Assembly (NCBI GenBank): GCA_963668695.2
Contig: CAXXLQ010000004.1
Coordinates: forward strand, 1,984,001-2,048,000
Origin: Vicinamibacteria bacterium
GTDB taxonomy: Bacteria; Acidobacteriota; Vicinamibacteria; Marinacidobacterales; Marinacidobacteraceae
Direction: 5' to 3'
Length of the DNA: 64,000 bases
The notes beneath the pieces were generated by a model. That model searched no databases and had not been told where the DNA came from. It was given only the letters and a program-made list of their open reading frames with translations. This document shows, one piece after another, positions 31,411 to 41,640 of the stretch. How positions within the stretch are numbered: the first letter of the stretch is position 1; every line of letters begins with the position of its first letter. A program made the translations under genes and the position numbers.

Positions 31411-31771
31411 CGGCCCGGTGACGTGGGCGCCGGCCTCGACTGGGTCCGGGCAATCTGCGAGATTGGCGGTGGGAGTTTCGCCCCGCTGCGCGGGGCGATG
31501 CCGGTGTGAACACCGGCGCTCCTTCAACCAAACTGGGAAGCGCCCCACACTCCCTCTCCAACCCCGCCCATCCCGGGCGGAGCCGCCTGCCAACGCGCGC
31601 TTTCCGATCCCCGCTACGGCCCGGTGACGTGGGCGCCGTCCCCGACTGGGTCTGCGTAATCTGCGAGATTGGCGGTGGGAGTTTCGCCCCGCTGCGCGGG
31701 GCGATGCCGGTGTGAACACCGGCGCTCCTTCAACCAAACTGGGAAGCGCCCCACACTCCCTCTCCAACCCC
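31411..31771. repeat. Direct duplication (period ~206 bp) carrying a REP-like hairpin
   Basis: CGGCCCGGTGACGTGGGCGCC...CCCTCTCCAACCCC at 31411 and 31617. Confidence 0.85.
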
Positions 31772-31834
31772 GTGCACCCTCGGCAGACCCGTTACCGCAC
31801 GTTCCCGGATGAAATTTGGGATGACGGACTGCCG

Positions 31835-32015
31835 AACGAGCAACAAACTCATGGCAGCGAACTCTGTTCGCTGCCCGCGTTATCGGGGGAAAGTGTGAAA
31901 GGGGGGATTCTCCCCTTTCACAAGAAGGTAACGACGAATCGGAACTCGCCGCCGCACGCCGTAGGGCGGGCAAGGGAGTTTCGATTCGCGGCGCGAAGCG
32001 CCGGGCGGTTCGGGG
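31835..32015. repeat. Dispersed partial copy of the 355-bp unit
   Basis: CAACAAACTCATGGCAGCGAACTCTGTTCGCTGCC...GTGAAAGGGG...CCCCTTTCACAAGAAGGTAAC. Confidence 0.85.
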
Positions 32016-32099
32016 GCGGGGGCGTGTCGCCGAGAACCCGTGTGACGCGGATCGGCCCGGTGATGTGCCCCCGTCCCCGAACCGCTAGCCGCATCCCTC

Positions 32100-33866
32100 T
32101 CAGCCGCCCACCGGTGGTTTCCTCAGGTGGAAGTCCGTCGCCTGCTGGTATGCGTGGGCGAGCGTCAGGATCTCGGTATCCCCGTAGAGCTTTCCCGTCA
32201 TCCGCAGGCTGGTCGGCGACCCTTCGTGGTAGCCGTTCGGCATACAGACCTCGGGATGCCCGGTCAGGTTGGTGAGCCCCAGGCTCGATCCGATGAATAG
32301 GTCGAGATCTCCGAACGCCTCGTCGAATTCCTGCATGATCCGGGTCCGCACCCGCATCGCCTGGATGTACTCCACCGCGGGGACGAAACGGTGCAGGCGG
32401 AAGGAGTCCGGCCAACTGCTTTCTTCCGGGGGCGCCTTCATCGCGAGGTCGGCGCCGCTCCGGGAGAGGGCGTCGTGCGCCGCGGCGGATTCGGTGCTCA
32501 GCACGAACGAGAGGTCATTCCAGTCCAGCTCGGGGAGCTCGAACGGGGTGATCGTGACCCCGATGCCGCGCAGCACTTCGATCCCCGCCCGGGTGTTCGC
32601 CTGCGAGGTCCGCTGAAGCGCCGTCCGTTCCGGGTTCTCCGGATCGTCTTCGATCTCGTCTTCGACCGCGGCCCGGTCGTACCCCACCCGGAGCGCGGTC
32701 GGATCGGCCGACGCGTCCCAGGCGAACGGAGGATCGTGCACCGCGCGGTCGAGTCCGTCGGCGCCCCGGATGGTCTCGAACACGAGGGCGCAATCTTCGG
32801 CGCTGCGGCACATCGGCCCGATCTTGTCCATCGTCCAGGAGAGCGCCATGGCGCCCGCGCGGCTGACCCGGCCGAACGTGGGACGGTGGCCCGTGATCCC
32901 GTTCCTGGTCGAGGGCGAGATGATCGAACCCCGGGTCTCGGTGCCGATCGAGAACCCGACGAGCCCGGCGGAGGTCGCCGAACCCGGCCCCGCTGAGGAT
33001 CCGCTCGATCCTTGCTCCGTGTTCCAGGGATTGCGGGTTCGGCCGCCGAACCAGCGGTCCCCCTGGGCGAGGGCGCCCATCGTCAGCTTGGCGACCAGCA
33101 CCGCGCCGGCCTCGGTCAGGTTCGTATAGACAGTCGCGTCCTCGTCGATTACCCGGTCGCGGTAGGGGGAAGCCCCCCAGGTGGTCTTCGTGCCCTTGAC
33201 CGCCAGCAGGTCCTTGGCTCCCCACGGGATCCCATGGAGCGGTCCGCGGTAGTTGCCGGCGGCGATCTCTTCGTCGGCGCGCGCCGCCTGCTCCCGCGCC
33301 AGGTCTTCGGTCTGGTTCACCACACACATCAGAACCGGATCGAACTCCTTGAGTCGCGCCAGGTAGAGCTCGGTCAGCTCGGTGGAGGTGACCTCGCGGG
33401 ACTCGACGAGCCGCGCCAGGTGGGTTACGGGAAGGAATGCGAGGTCGGTGTTGGACGCCGGGCGGGGGACCTCCGGCTGGGAACGCCGCATACCGCCGGC
33501 CGTCTCCGGCATCGGCTTCCCGGGGGGCAGGGGATGGAAGACGAAGGACGGCGGCAGGTGGTTGTGGATCTCCGGATCCCGGATGCCCCGGTAGGCGTCC
33601 AGCAGGTTCCGCTCGCCGTTCAGCCGTTCGGCCACGACGGACAGCTCGTCGTCGGAGAGATCCAGTCCCGCGAGTTGTTGCGCCGTGCGCAACATCCCGA
33701 CGGACACCGTGTCCGCGTCGGCGGCGCAGGCGGTAAGCGCCCCGGGAAGCAGAGTGGAACCGAGTCCCAGCCCGGAGAGCCCGGCGACGAAGCGGCGCCG
33801 GTTCCAGGCAAGCCGTTCCGGTCCCGGCGAGGGGATGGAGGAAGGAGGAGCAAGGGTGTCGGCCAT
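32100..33866 (-). CDS. Amidase signature family enzyme, Tat-exported
   Basis: GPLHGIPWGAKD, GSSGSSAG, IGTETRGSI; NRRRFV leader. Confidence 0.92.
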   Translation of the reverse strand: MADTLAPPSSIPSPGPERLAWNRRRFVAGLSGLGLGSTLLPGALTACAADADTVSVGMLRTAQQLAGLDLSDDELSVVAERLNGERNLLDAYRGIRDPEIHNHLPPSFVFHPLPPGKPMPETAGGMRRSQPEVPRPASNTDLAFLPVTHLARLVESREVTSTELTELYLARLKEFDPVLMCVVNQTEDLAREQAARADEEIAAGNYRGPLHGIPWGAKDLLAVKGTKTTWGASPYRDRVIDEDATVYTNLTEAGAVLVAKLTMGALAQGDRWFGGRTRNPWNTEQGSSGSSAGPGSATSAGLVGFSIGTETRGSIISPSTRNGITGHRPTFGRVSRAGAMALSWTMDKIGPMCRSAEDCALVFETIRGADGLDRAVHDPPFAWDASADPTALRVGYDRAAVEDEIEDDPENPERTALQRTSQANTRAGIEVLRGIGVTITPFELPELDWNDLSFVLSTESAAAHDALSRSGADLAMKAPPEESSWPDSFRLHRFVPAVEYIQAMRVRTRIMQEFDEAFGDLDLFIGSSLGLTNLTGHPEVCMPNGYHEGSPTSLRMTGKLYGDTEILTLAHAYQQATDFHLRKPPVGG

Positions 33867-33885
33867 GGGTTCATTGTGCTCGCTC

Positions 33886-34068
33886 AGCAGCCTGTGGGTA
33901 AAGTGGCGTGAGCGCCGAGGCTGGCGAGGCGCGCGGCTGACAAGGCGCGCGAGGGAGGAATACCGGGTGTATTTCGACCGAAGCGCAACGATGAGCGCCT
34001 TCGAGAGGCGCGATTCAGCCGGGATGGATCGCCAGCCAAACGCCGCGCGACTTTGTCCACCGGCTGCT
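33886..34068. mobile_element. MITE copy 6 (lacks the 15-bp inserts)
   Basis: TIR AGCAGCCTGTGGGTAAAGT...ACTTTGTCCACCGGCTGCT. Confidence 0.85.
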
Positions 34069-34122
34069 CAGCTTTTCGCCGCCACCGGCTCGAAGCCGCC
34101 CCCGCCGGAAGGAACCGCCCTC

Positions 34123-35121
34123 ATGACGATCCCCGAGACTCTCCGCGTCCATCTGGCGACCGACGCCGGCGAAGCCGGTTACTACCGGCTGGACCGCGAG
34201 CGTTTCGAGAATGCGGGAAAGGAGTTTCTCGACACCTTCCGGCGGCTCCGACCCACGTATTCCAATGACGAGGCCGGCTTCGTCCAGGGTGTCCGTGATG
34301 CGGACATCCTGGTGGGCTGGAAGTTCCCCCGGCCGGGGCTCGTGGAACGCGCCCCCAACCTCCGGTGGGTGCAACTCATCGGCGCCGGGGTGGACCACCT
34401 GTACCCGCTCGACTGGCTGCCCGCCGGCGTGAAGCTGATCACCGCGAGCGGCGTCCACACCAGGAAATCCTTCGAGTACGTCCTGATGGGGCTCGTGGCA
34501 CTCCATACCCGGCTGCCCCAACTCGCCGAACAGCAGCGCCGCCGGACCTGGAAGAAGATTCAGACCGGGACCCTTCCGGGAAAGACGGCGCTGGTGATCG
34601 GCCTGGGGGCCGTGGGGACGGGCGCCGCGGAAGCGGCGCGCACTCTGGGCATGCGGGTCCTCGGGGTCCGGCGGACGGCGCGTCCCCACCGCTTCGTGGA
34701 CGAGCTCTTTGGTCCCGGGGACCTTGCGAGAGCCTTGCCGCGCGCCGACTATGTCGTCCTCGCGGCGCCGCTCACGAGAGACACCGAAGAGATCCTGGGC
34801 GAACGCGAACTGGACCTGCTGCCCGAGGGGGCGGGCATCGTCAACCTGGGACGGGGCCGGCTGGTCGCCCAAGCAGCGCTCGAGGCCGGGCTCCGCAGCG
34901 GAAGGATCGGGGGCGCCTTTCTCGACGTGGTGTGGCCTGAACCGCACCCCCCCGAGAGCACCCTCTGGGACGCCCCGAACCTGTTCATCACCCCCCACGT
35001 CGGCGCCGACGACATCGAGAACTACGTGCCGGAGGTCTTCCGGATCGCGCTCGGAAACATGGCCCGCTTCTTCGCAGGCCGCCGGCTCCGGAACATCGTG
35101 AACCGGCGCCGGGGCTATTGA
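34123..35121 (+). CDS. D-2-hydroxyacid dehydrogenase family protein
   Basis: AGVDH, IGLGAVG, VNLGRG, FLDV, ITPHVG. Confidence 0.92.
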   Translation: MTIPETLRVHLATDAGEAGYYRLDRERFENAGKEFLDTFRRLRPTYSNDEAGFVQGVRDADILVGWKFPRPGLVERAPNLRWVQLIGAGVDHLYPLDWLPAGVKLITASGVHTRKSFEYVLMGLVALHTRLPQLAEQQRRRTWKKIQTGTLPGKTALVIGLGAVGTGAAEAARTLGMRVLGVRRTARPHRFVDELFGPGDLARALPRADYVVLAAPLTRDTEEILGERELDLLPEGAGIVNLGRGRLVAQAALEAGLRSGRIGGAFLDVVWPEPHPPESTLWDAPNLFITPHVGADDIENYVPEVFRIALGNMARFFAGRRLRNIVNRRRGY

Positions 35122-35225
35122 TCCCCGACAGCCCGCCGGCATCCGCCGCGCCGGCCAGGCTGTTGACTCGCAGCGCTCGAGATGGCCATGATTCATGGCC
35201 ATCTCACTCCGTTCGAACCCGTCCC

Positions 35226-35474
35226 ATGATCCACGATTCTCCGGCCGCGCCTCCCACCGTCACCGTCAGCGAGTTCAAGCTGCGATGCCTTGAGTTGTTG
35301 AAACGACTCGGTCCCGAAGGAGTCGTGCTCACGCGGCGTGGCGAACCGGTCGCCCAGGTGATCCCGTACCCGTCCAGCCCGGCCTCCTTGATCGGTTGCA
35401 TGCGCGGCAAGCTGACGATCCGGGGCGATGTCCTCTCGACCGGGATCGCGTGGGAGTCGGATGATCAATCTTGA
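35226..35474 (+). CDS. Phd/YefM antitoxin
   Basis: VSEFKLRCLELL...VVLTRRGEPVAQVIP. Confidence 0.85.
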   Translation: MIHDSPAAPPTVTVSEFKLRCLELLKRLGPEGVVLTRRGEPVAQVIPYPSSPASLIGCMRGKLTIRGDVLSTGIAWESDDQS

Positions 35475-35861
35475 CACGCATATCCTGCTCCACGGGTTCA
35501 CCGGCGATCTCCGACCCCGCGAACAAGCGCTCCTGGCGGCGAATCCGTGGAGCATTGCGGCGATCGTGCTCTAGGAGATCGTCTCGCTGGCGCGGCTTGG
35601 GCGATCGTGCTCTAGGAGATCGTCTCGCTGGCGCGGCTTGAGCGCGTCTCGGTAGATCTGGATGACCGGGAGTTCCGGTCCTACCTGAATCGCGTCCATA
35701 TTTGGCCGCTGGACCTCCGGGTCGCGGTAGCCCTCAACCGGCTGGACTTCCGGGCCGATGCGGCCGATGAACTGATCGCCGCGACCAGCGTCGCCTACGC
35801 TGTCCCCTTGCTCACCCGCGACCGCCGCATCCTGCAGTCGCAGGTTGTGCCCCTGGCGTGA
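35461..35861 (+). pseudogene. vapC: VapC/PIN toxin with a nonsense codon and a 41-bp tandem duplication
   Basis: MINLDTHILL...AIVL*EI (TAG at 35572); 35559-35599 repeated at 35600-35640; C-terminus DAADELIAAT...LLTRDRRI. Confidence 0.85.
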
Positions 35862-35885
35862 CGGCGCGCGCCGTGCGGCGCGGCT

Positions 35886-36719
35886 TCAGGTTTCGTCCAC
35901 CACTGCGTTCCGGAGCACTCCGACCCTTCCGATCTCCACTTCGACCACGTCCCCCGGTTTCATGAAGAGCTGCGGATCGCGGGCGACGCCCACCCCCGAC
36001 GGGGTGCCGGTCGAGATCACGTCCCCAGGATGAAGGGGATGGATCCGGGAGAGGTAGGCGATCAGCTCGCGCACCGGATAGGTCATCTGTGAGGTGTGGC
36101 TCTGCTGGACCCCCTCGCCGTTCAGCCGGGTCTCGATCCGGAGATCCTGCGGATCGGAAATCTCGTCCGCGGTGACCAGAAACGGACCGAATCCGCCGGT
36201 GCGCCAGAAGTTCTTGCCGGGGCCGAACTGGGTGCTGTGACCCTGGTAGTCGCGTACCGAGGCGTCGTTGAAGCACGCGTAACCCGCCACGTGGTCGAGC
36301 GCCGCAGCTTCCGGGATGTGCCGGCCGGGCCGGCCGATGACCACTGCGAGTTCGCCTTCGAAGTCGAGCTGGTGCGAGGCGGTGGGCCGCACCAGCGCCT
36401 CCCCGTGTCCCACCAGCGAGGCCGGAAACCGGGTGAAGAGCGTCGCGTAGTCCGCCTTCGCCCTCCCGGTCTCGAGCCGGTGGTCCTCGTAGTTGAGGCC
36501 GACGCACCAGAGCGCGCCGGGCCGCGGGATGAGAGGCAGGAAACGGACGTCGGACAGGAGCGGCGCCGTGTCCCAGTCGATATCCCGGTGGGGCAGGGGA
36601 CCGGCAAGCCGGTCGGCGAGCGGAGCCGGCCCGTCGAACGGTTGGTAGCGGGAGCCGTCAGGCGAAACGACGGCCGGGGTTTCACCCCTGCCGGGAACGA
36701 GGAGGGTCGCGAGTCGCAT
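35886..36719 (-). CDS. Fumarylacetoacetate hydrolase family protein
   Basis: CVGLNYEDH, LDFEGEL, NDASVRD, GDVISTGTPSGVG. Confidence 0.93.
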   Translation of the reverse strand: MRLATLLVPGRGETPAVVSPDGSRYQPFDGPAPLADRLAGPLPHRDIDWDTAPLLSDVRFLPLIPRPGALWCVGLNYEDHRLETGRAKADYATLFTRFPASLVGHGEALVRPTASHQLDFEGELAVVIGRPGRHIPEAAALDHVAGYACFNDASVRDYQGHSTQFGPGKNFWRTGGFGPFLVTADEISDPQDLRIETRLNGEGVQQSHTSQMTYPVRELIAYLSRIHPLHPGDVISTGTPSGVGVARDPQLFMKPGDVVEVEIGRVGVLRNAVVDET

Positions 36720-36818
36720 AGGGCGGAGCGCCGGCCTCCGGCCGGCATCGCCGCCCCGGAGGGCGGTCAAACAGCGTAACGGTAACGGTCCGGGTGGCGT
36801 TTCCCGAAGCGCGGGATG

Positions 36819-37223
36819 CTATCTGTCCCGGGAGCGGGCGCGGGCCAGCGCCCGGGCAAAGGTGTGGGGTTCGCCGTTCCATGCGCCGCCCGGCGCCGGG
36901 ACGAAATCCGCCGGTGGGGGTCCGGGATGGATATACAGCGCCAGTGGTTCGGTTTCCCCTTCCGGCCGGACCGCCACCCGCCGATAGCCGAACTGGCTCT
37001 CGAAGGCGTCCAACTGCGCCACGGTTCCCTCATCTACCCGGTAGGTCTCCACCACCACCGCGTTCACCGCGCCGGACGGGACGAGCATCGGGTACTCCTC
37101 GTTCCCGAACAGGCGATAGGGAATCCGAACCGGTCCCGCGCCGACGAGCGGGACTCCCCCGAGGAATGCCTCGTGGTTCGCGTGGCCGCGCTTCAGCGTT
37201 CCGTAAACCCCGACCAGCGTCAC
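36819..37223 (-). CDS. Gamma-glutamylcyclotransferase family protein
   Basis: VYGTLKRGHANH, LDAFE...YRR. Confidence 0.88.
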   Translation of the reverse strand: MTLVGVYGTLKRGHANHEAFLGGVPLVGAGPVRIPYRLFGNEEYPMLVPSGAVNAVVVETYRVDEGTVAQLDAFESQFGYRRVAVRPEGETEPLALYIHPGPPPADFVPAPGGAWNGEPHTFARALARARSRDR

Positions 37224-37226
37224 GTC

Positions 37227-38957
37227 CTACTCCCCGGCGTTCCAGACCACCTTTCCGCCGACGATGGTCATCGCGACCTCCGCCTCGGGGATCTCCTCGT
37301 CCGGCACCGTGAGGATGTCCTTCGTGAGCACGACGATGTCCGCGTACTTCCCTGGCGTCAGGCTCCCCTTGACGTCCTCCTCAAAGGCGGACCAGGCGGC
37401 CGCCATCGTGTAGGAATAGAGCGCCTCCTCGCGGGTCAGGGCTTGCTCGGGATAGAACCGGGTGCCGTCGGGCAGCTCCCGGGTCACCGTGGCGAAGTAG
37501 CTCGGGAGGGGATTCACGTCCTCTACCGGAGCGTCGGTGCCGTTGGTCACCAACGCCCCGGAATCGAGCAGCGACCGCCACACGTAGGCGCCGGTCCGGG
37601 CGCGTTCGTCGCCGAGCTTTTCCGGAACCCAGGGTCCGTCCGAGGTCGCGTGGACCGCCTGCATCGAGGCGATCACGCCGAGTTCGCCGAACCGCGGAAT
37701 ATCGTCGGGGTGGATGTGCTGCGCGTGCTCGATCCGGAAGCGGAGGTCGGGCCCGTTCACTCCCGCCTCGCCGAAGGCCCTTTCGTAGGCGTCGAGGATC
37801 TCGCGGTTACCCCGGTCGCCGATCGCGTGGGTGTTCACCTGGAAGCCGTGGCGGATGGCGATCCGCGCGGTTTCCTCGATGTCCTCTACTTCCTCGATCA
37901 CCAGACCCGCGCTCGAGGGCATGTCGTCGTACGGCTCGAGCAGCCACGCGCCGTGGGCGCCGAGGGCGCCGTCCACCTGCCGCTTGATGGACCGCACGGT
38001 AAGGAAGCCGTCGGCGTGGTTCGTCATCAGGAAGTCGGGAAGCCTGGCGTCCATCTCCTCGTTCGACTGTCCCCGCACCATCACGTAGAGCCGTATCGGA
38101 AGCCGCCCGGCCTCCGCCATCTCCTTGAAGAAGGAGATCATCTCGAACGAGGATCCCGCGTCCTGGAACGAGGTGACTCCCTTGCGGAGCGACTCTTCCG
38201 CGGCCAGTTCGAGCTGCAGCTCCAGCTCCGCGCGCCGTTCCTCGTCGCTCCGTTCCGCCAGGGCCCGATCACGGGCGCGCGCCACGAGGCGCTGCGCCGT
38301 CTCCCGGAGCGCTCCGGTCGCCTTGCCTTCGGCGTCCCGCACGATGGTGCCGCCCGGCGGGTCGGGGGTGCTCCGGTCGATCCCGGCCAGCTCCATCGCG
38401 AGGGCGTTGGCGAAAGCGGCGTGGCCGCTCGCGTGCCGGAGCAGCACCGGGTTCTGCGGGGAAATCTCCGATAGACCCAGGTGATGGGGTAGTCCCTCCA
38501 CCGCGCCGCCCGGGATCTGGTCCCACTTCTCCTGATGCCAGCCGCGCCCGTCGATCCAGCCCCCCTCGGGAGCCTCGGCGACCGCCTCGGCGACCATGTC
38601 CACGATGCGGTTCCAGTTGTCCGCCTCGCCCAGCTTCAGGATCATCTGGGCGTTTCCGACCCCCATGAAGTGGCCGTGACCCTCGATGAAACCGGGAATC
38701 GCCAGCCTGCCCTCGAGCTGGATGACCTCGGTGTCGGGCCCGGCGGTCGCCTCGATCTCCGCGGTGGTGCCCACGGCCGCGATCCGGCCGTTCCGAACCG
38801 CCACCGCTTCCGCTTCGGGGTGGTCGGGATCCACGGTCACGACCCGGCCACCGAGCAGCACCAGATCGGCGGGACCGCCGATATCGGGCGCCTGGGGGCC
38901 GCAGCCGAACGCCAGGGGTACGGCGACCAGAAACGTGAGACGAGAAAGGAGACGCAT
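37227..38957 (-). CDS. YtcJ-like amidohydrolase, lipoprotein
   Basis: PGFIEGHGH, THAIGDRG, RIEHAQ, NGTDAPVE; lipobox LAFGC. Confidence 0.9.
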   Translation of the reverse strand: MRLLSRLTFLVAVPLAFGCGPQAPDIGGPADLVLLGGRVVTVDPDHPEAEAVAVRNGRIAAVGTTAEIEATAGPDTEVIQLEGRLAIPGFIEGHGHFMGVGNAQMILKLGEADNWNRIVDMVAEAVAEAPEGGWIDGRGWHQEKWDQIPGGAVEGLPHHLGLSEISPQNPVLLRHASGHAAFANALAMELAGIDRSTPDPPGGTIVRDAEGKATGALRETAQRLVARARDRALAERSDEERRAELELQLELAAEESLRKGVTSFQDAGSSFEMISFFKEMAEAGRLPIRLYVMVRGQSNEEMDARLPDFLMTNHADGFLTVRSIKRQVDGALGAHGAWLLEPYDDMPSSAGLVIEEVEDIEETARIAIRHGFQVNTHAIGDRGNREILDAYERAFGEAGVNGPDLRFRIEHAQHIHPDDIPRFGELGVIASMQAVHATSDGPWVPEKLGDERARTGAYVWRSLLDSGALVTNGTDAPVEDVNPLPSYFATVTRELPDGTRFYPEQALTREEALYSYTMAAAWSAFEEDVKGSLTPGKYADIVVLTKDILTVPDEEIPEAEVAMTIVGGKVVWNAGE

Positions 38958-39016
38958 GGGATTCCTCCGCGGGACCGGGCAGCGTAACGCCATGCTCGGT
39001 TGGGTACAGTCCCGGG

Positions 39017-40852
39017 ATGCTCAAGCCTCGATCGCTCCGCGCGTCCGTCGGCGCGCTCCTGCTCCTGCTGCCCGGTCCCGCCGCCGCCCAGTGGTATCCC
39101 GAGCCGGATCTCGTGTTGACCGGCGCCGAGGTTCGGACCGTGGACGCGGAGGACTCGCTCGCCGAGGCCCTCGCCATCAAGGATGGCCGCGTCGTGGCGG
39201 CGGGGACGGCCTTGGAGGTCGGCGCGCTGGCGGGTCCGAACACGCGGACCGTGGACCTCTCCGGGAAGACGGTGATCCCCGGCATCCAGGACTCGCACAT
39301 CCACTTCCTGTCGCTCGGGCGCGACATTACGAACGGCGTGGAGCTGAGTTACGCGGAGTCGGCGGAAGACATCGCGGCCGGGGTACGCAATCGGATCGCG
39401 GAGAGTCGGATCGAGCCCGGCGAGTGGGTGGTGGGGCGCCGCTGGGACCAGTTCAAGTACCCGCAGATGGTGACCCGCTGGCAGCTCGACGAGGCCGCGC
39501 CCGCGAACCCGGTGGCGCTCTACCGGGTGTACCGGGGCGTCGCGGTGAACACCGAGGTGTTTCGCCGCATGGGGATCGAAGACGGCGATCCGTCCACCTG
39601 GCCGTCGTGGTGGCTCGAAGATCCCGACAACTTCACCTTCGAGGACCAGGTCCTGCGGGAGTCCCGGGAGGTGGTAGTGGACGGCGCGGCGGCGACCCGG
39701 GAGATCCCGACGGGAGTTTTTCTCGGGTCGCGGGCATCGCGCCTCGTCACGGAGCGGCCTCCGCCCGATGACTTCGAGGACGATGTCGAGAGCGTCCGGC
39801 TGGGGGTTGAGGAGTTGCTCTCGCTCGGCGTGACCTCCATCGTGGACCCCTCGTCCCGGATGGGACACAACATGCGGGTCTATCAGGAAGCAGTGAACCG
39901 CGGAACCTTGCGGCTCCGGATCGCCGCGGTGTACGAGGGCACCTTCAACACCCACGCGCCCGAGGCCATTTCCTCACACCTCGACGGCATCAAGGTCAAC
40001 AATCTCGGCGACCGCTTCCTCCGCTGGCGCGGAGTCAAGGTGTACGGCGACGGGGGCGTGGGCACCCGGAGCGCCTGGATGTCCGAGCCCTTCCACATGT
40101 GGGACGAAATCGAAGGGGAGCGGAACCTGGGCAATCCCGTGGTGGAAAGCTACCCGGAGCGCGAGGCGCAATACCGCGCCATCCGGAGCCACGGCTGGGA
40201 CCTCCACACCCACAGTTGTGGCGACCAGGCGATGCGCCAGACCGTGGACCTCTACATGGAGCTGCTCGACGAGATGCAGGAGGAGAGCGGAGAACTTCCC
40301 GACCTGCGCTGGAGCGTCATCCACGCCTACTTCCCCATCGAACCCAAGACCCGGGTCCTCGACGACATGGCCCGCTACGGCATCGTGGCCGCCACCAATC
40401 CGGTCTTCAACTGGCAGCAGGGGTTCTCGTTCGCCGCCAACTCGGGGCCGGAGCGGATGGCGCGGCTACAGCCTTTCCGCAGCTACATGCGGGGCGGGGT
40501 GATCATGGCTTCGGGCTCGGATTACGGCGTGACCACTCACAACCCCTGGATGGGCTTCTACGCTCTCCTGACCCGCAAGGACCAGAAATTGGGAATCGTT
40601 CACGGAGAGGACGAGACGGTCACGATTGCGGAGGCGCTCCGCTCCTACACCTGGAACGGCGCTTTCCTGACGCACGACGAGGAGGACCGCGGGAGCCTGG
40701 AGTCGGGCAAACTGGCCGATCTCGTGGTGCTCGATCTTTCGGGGCTCGATGTGCTGGAGGAGGATCCCGAACTCCTCTTCTCGATGCGCGAGCGCGTGGT
40801 GGCCACGATGGTGGAGGGAGAGATCGTGCACGGGAGTCTCCCGTCGCGGTAA
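39017..40852 (+). CDS. YtcJ-like amidohydrolase, secreted
   Basis: PGIQDSHIH, THSCGD, VIHA, SGSDY, GKLADLVVLD. Confidence 0.9.
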   Translation: MLKPRSLRASVGALLLLLPGPAAAQWYPEPDLVLTGAEVRTVDAEDSLAEALAIKDGRVVAAGTALEVGALAGPNTRTVDLSGKTVIPGIQDSHIHFLSLGRDITNGVELSYAESAEDIAAGVRNRIAESRIEPGEWVVGRRWDQFKYPQMVTRWQLDEAAPANPVALYRVYRGVAVNTEVFRRMGIEDGDPSTWPSWWLEDPDNFTFEDQVLRESREVVVDGAAATREIPTGVFLGSRASRLVTERPPPDDFEDDVESVRLGVEELLSLGVTSIVDPSSRMGHNMRVYQEAVNRGTLRLRIAAVYEGTFNTHAPEAISSHLDGIKVNNLGDRFLRWRGVKVYGDGGVGTRSAWMSEPFHMWDEIEGERNLGNPVVESYPEREAQYRAIRSHGWDLHTHSCGDQAMRQTVDLYMELLDEMQEESGELPDLRWSVIHAYFPIEPKTRVLDDMARYGIVAATNPVFNWQQGFSFAANSGPERMARLQPFRSYMRGGVIMASGSDYGVTTHNPWMGFYALLTRKDQKLGIVHGEDETVTIAEALRSYTWNGAFLTHDEEDRGSLESGKLADLVVLDLSGLDVLEEDPELLFSMRERVVATMVEGEIVHGSLPSR

Positions 40853-41564
40853 CAGCCGGTGGTGGAACCCGGGTGAGCGCCGAGGTCGGCCAGTTCTCCC
40901 GGTGGGGCCAGTCCTCCCGGTGGGGGCCCGGCTGACGAGGCGCGTGAGGGAGGAGCCCCCACCGGGAGAACTGGCCCGGGTGTATTTCGACTGAAACGCA
41001 ACGATGAGCGGCGCGCAGCGACGCGGTGAACAGCCGGTGGTGGAACCCGCGGGAGCGCCGAGGCGCCCGGCTGACAAGGCGCGTGAGGGAGGAGCCCCCA
41101 CCGGGAGAACTGGCCCGGGTGTATTCCGACCGAAACGCAACGATGAGCGGCGCGCAGCGACGCGGTGAACAGCCGGTGGTGGAACCCACGTGAGCGCCGA
41201 GGCCGGTGAGGCGCCCGGCTGACAAGGCGCGTGAGGGAGGAATACCGGGTGTATTCCGACCGAAGCGCAACGATGAGCGGCGCGAAGCGACGCGGTTCAG
41301 CCGGGATGGATCGCCGGCCGAACGCCGCGCGGGTTTCATCACCGGTTGTTTGGCCGGTGGTGGATCGCCGGCCGAGCCCCCACCGGGAGAACTGGGCCGC
41401 GTGGGTTTCACTGCCGGCTGTCTGGCCGGGATGGATCGCCGGCCGAGCCCCCACCGGGAGAACTGGGCCGCGTGGGTTTCATCACCGGTTGTTTGGCCGG
41501 GATGCATCGCCGCTCGAGCCCCCACCGGGAGAACTGGGCCGCCGGGGTTTCACCACAGGCTGTT
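40851..41564. mobile_element. MITE copy 7, amplified multimer
   Basis: Left module repeated three times (40851, ~41029, ~41168) and right module repeated; ends CACCACAGGCTGTT. Confidence 0.88.
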
Positions 41565-41605
41565 AAGCGGAGGATCAAAGGATCCCGGATTCGACAAATC
41601 GCCGG

Positions 41606-41634
41606 TTGACATGCCGCCTGAGGAGCGGTACAAA
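41606..41634 (+). promoter_or_regulatory. Sigma70-type promoter
   Basis: TTGACA-17 bp-TACAAA. Confidence 0.7.
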
Positions 41635-41640
41635 CGCAAA

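Noticed and set aside
35572-35574. Pyrrolysine/TAG readthrough in vapC
   Set aside because: A plain TGG-to-TAG change, and the gene is also frameshifted by the 41-bp duplication
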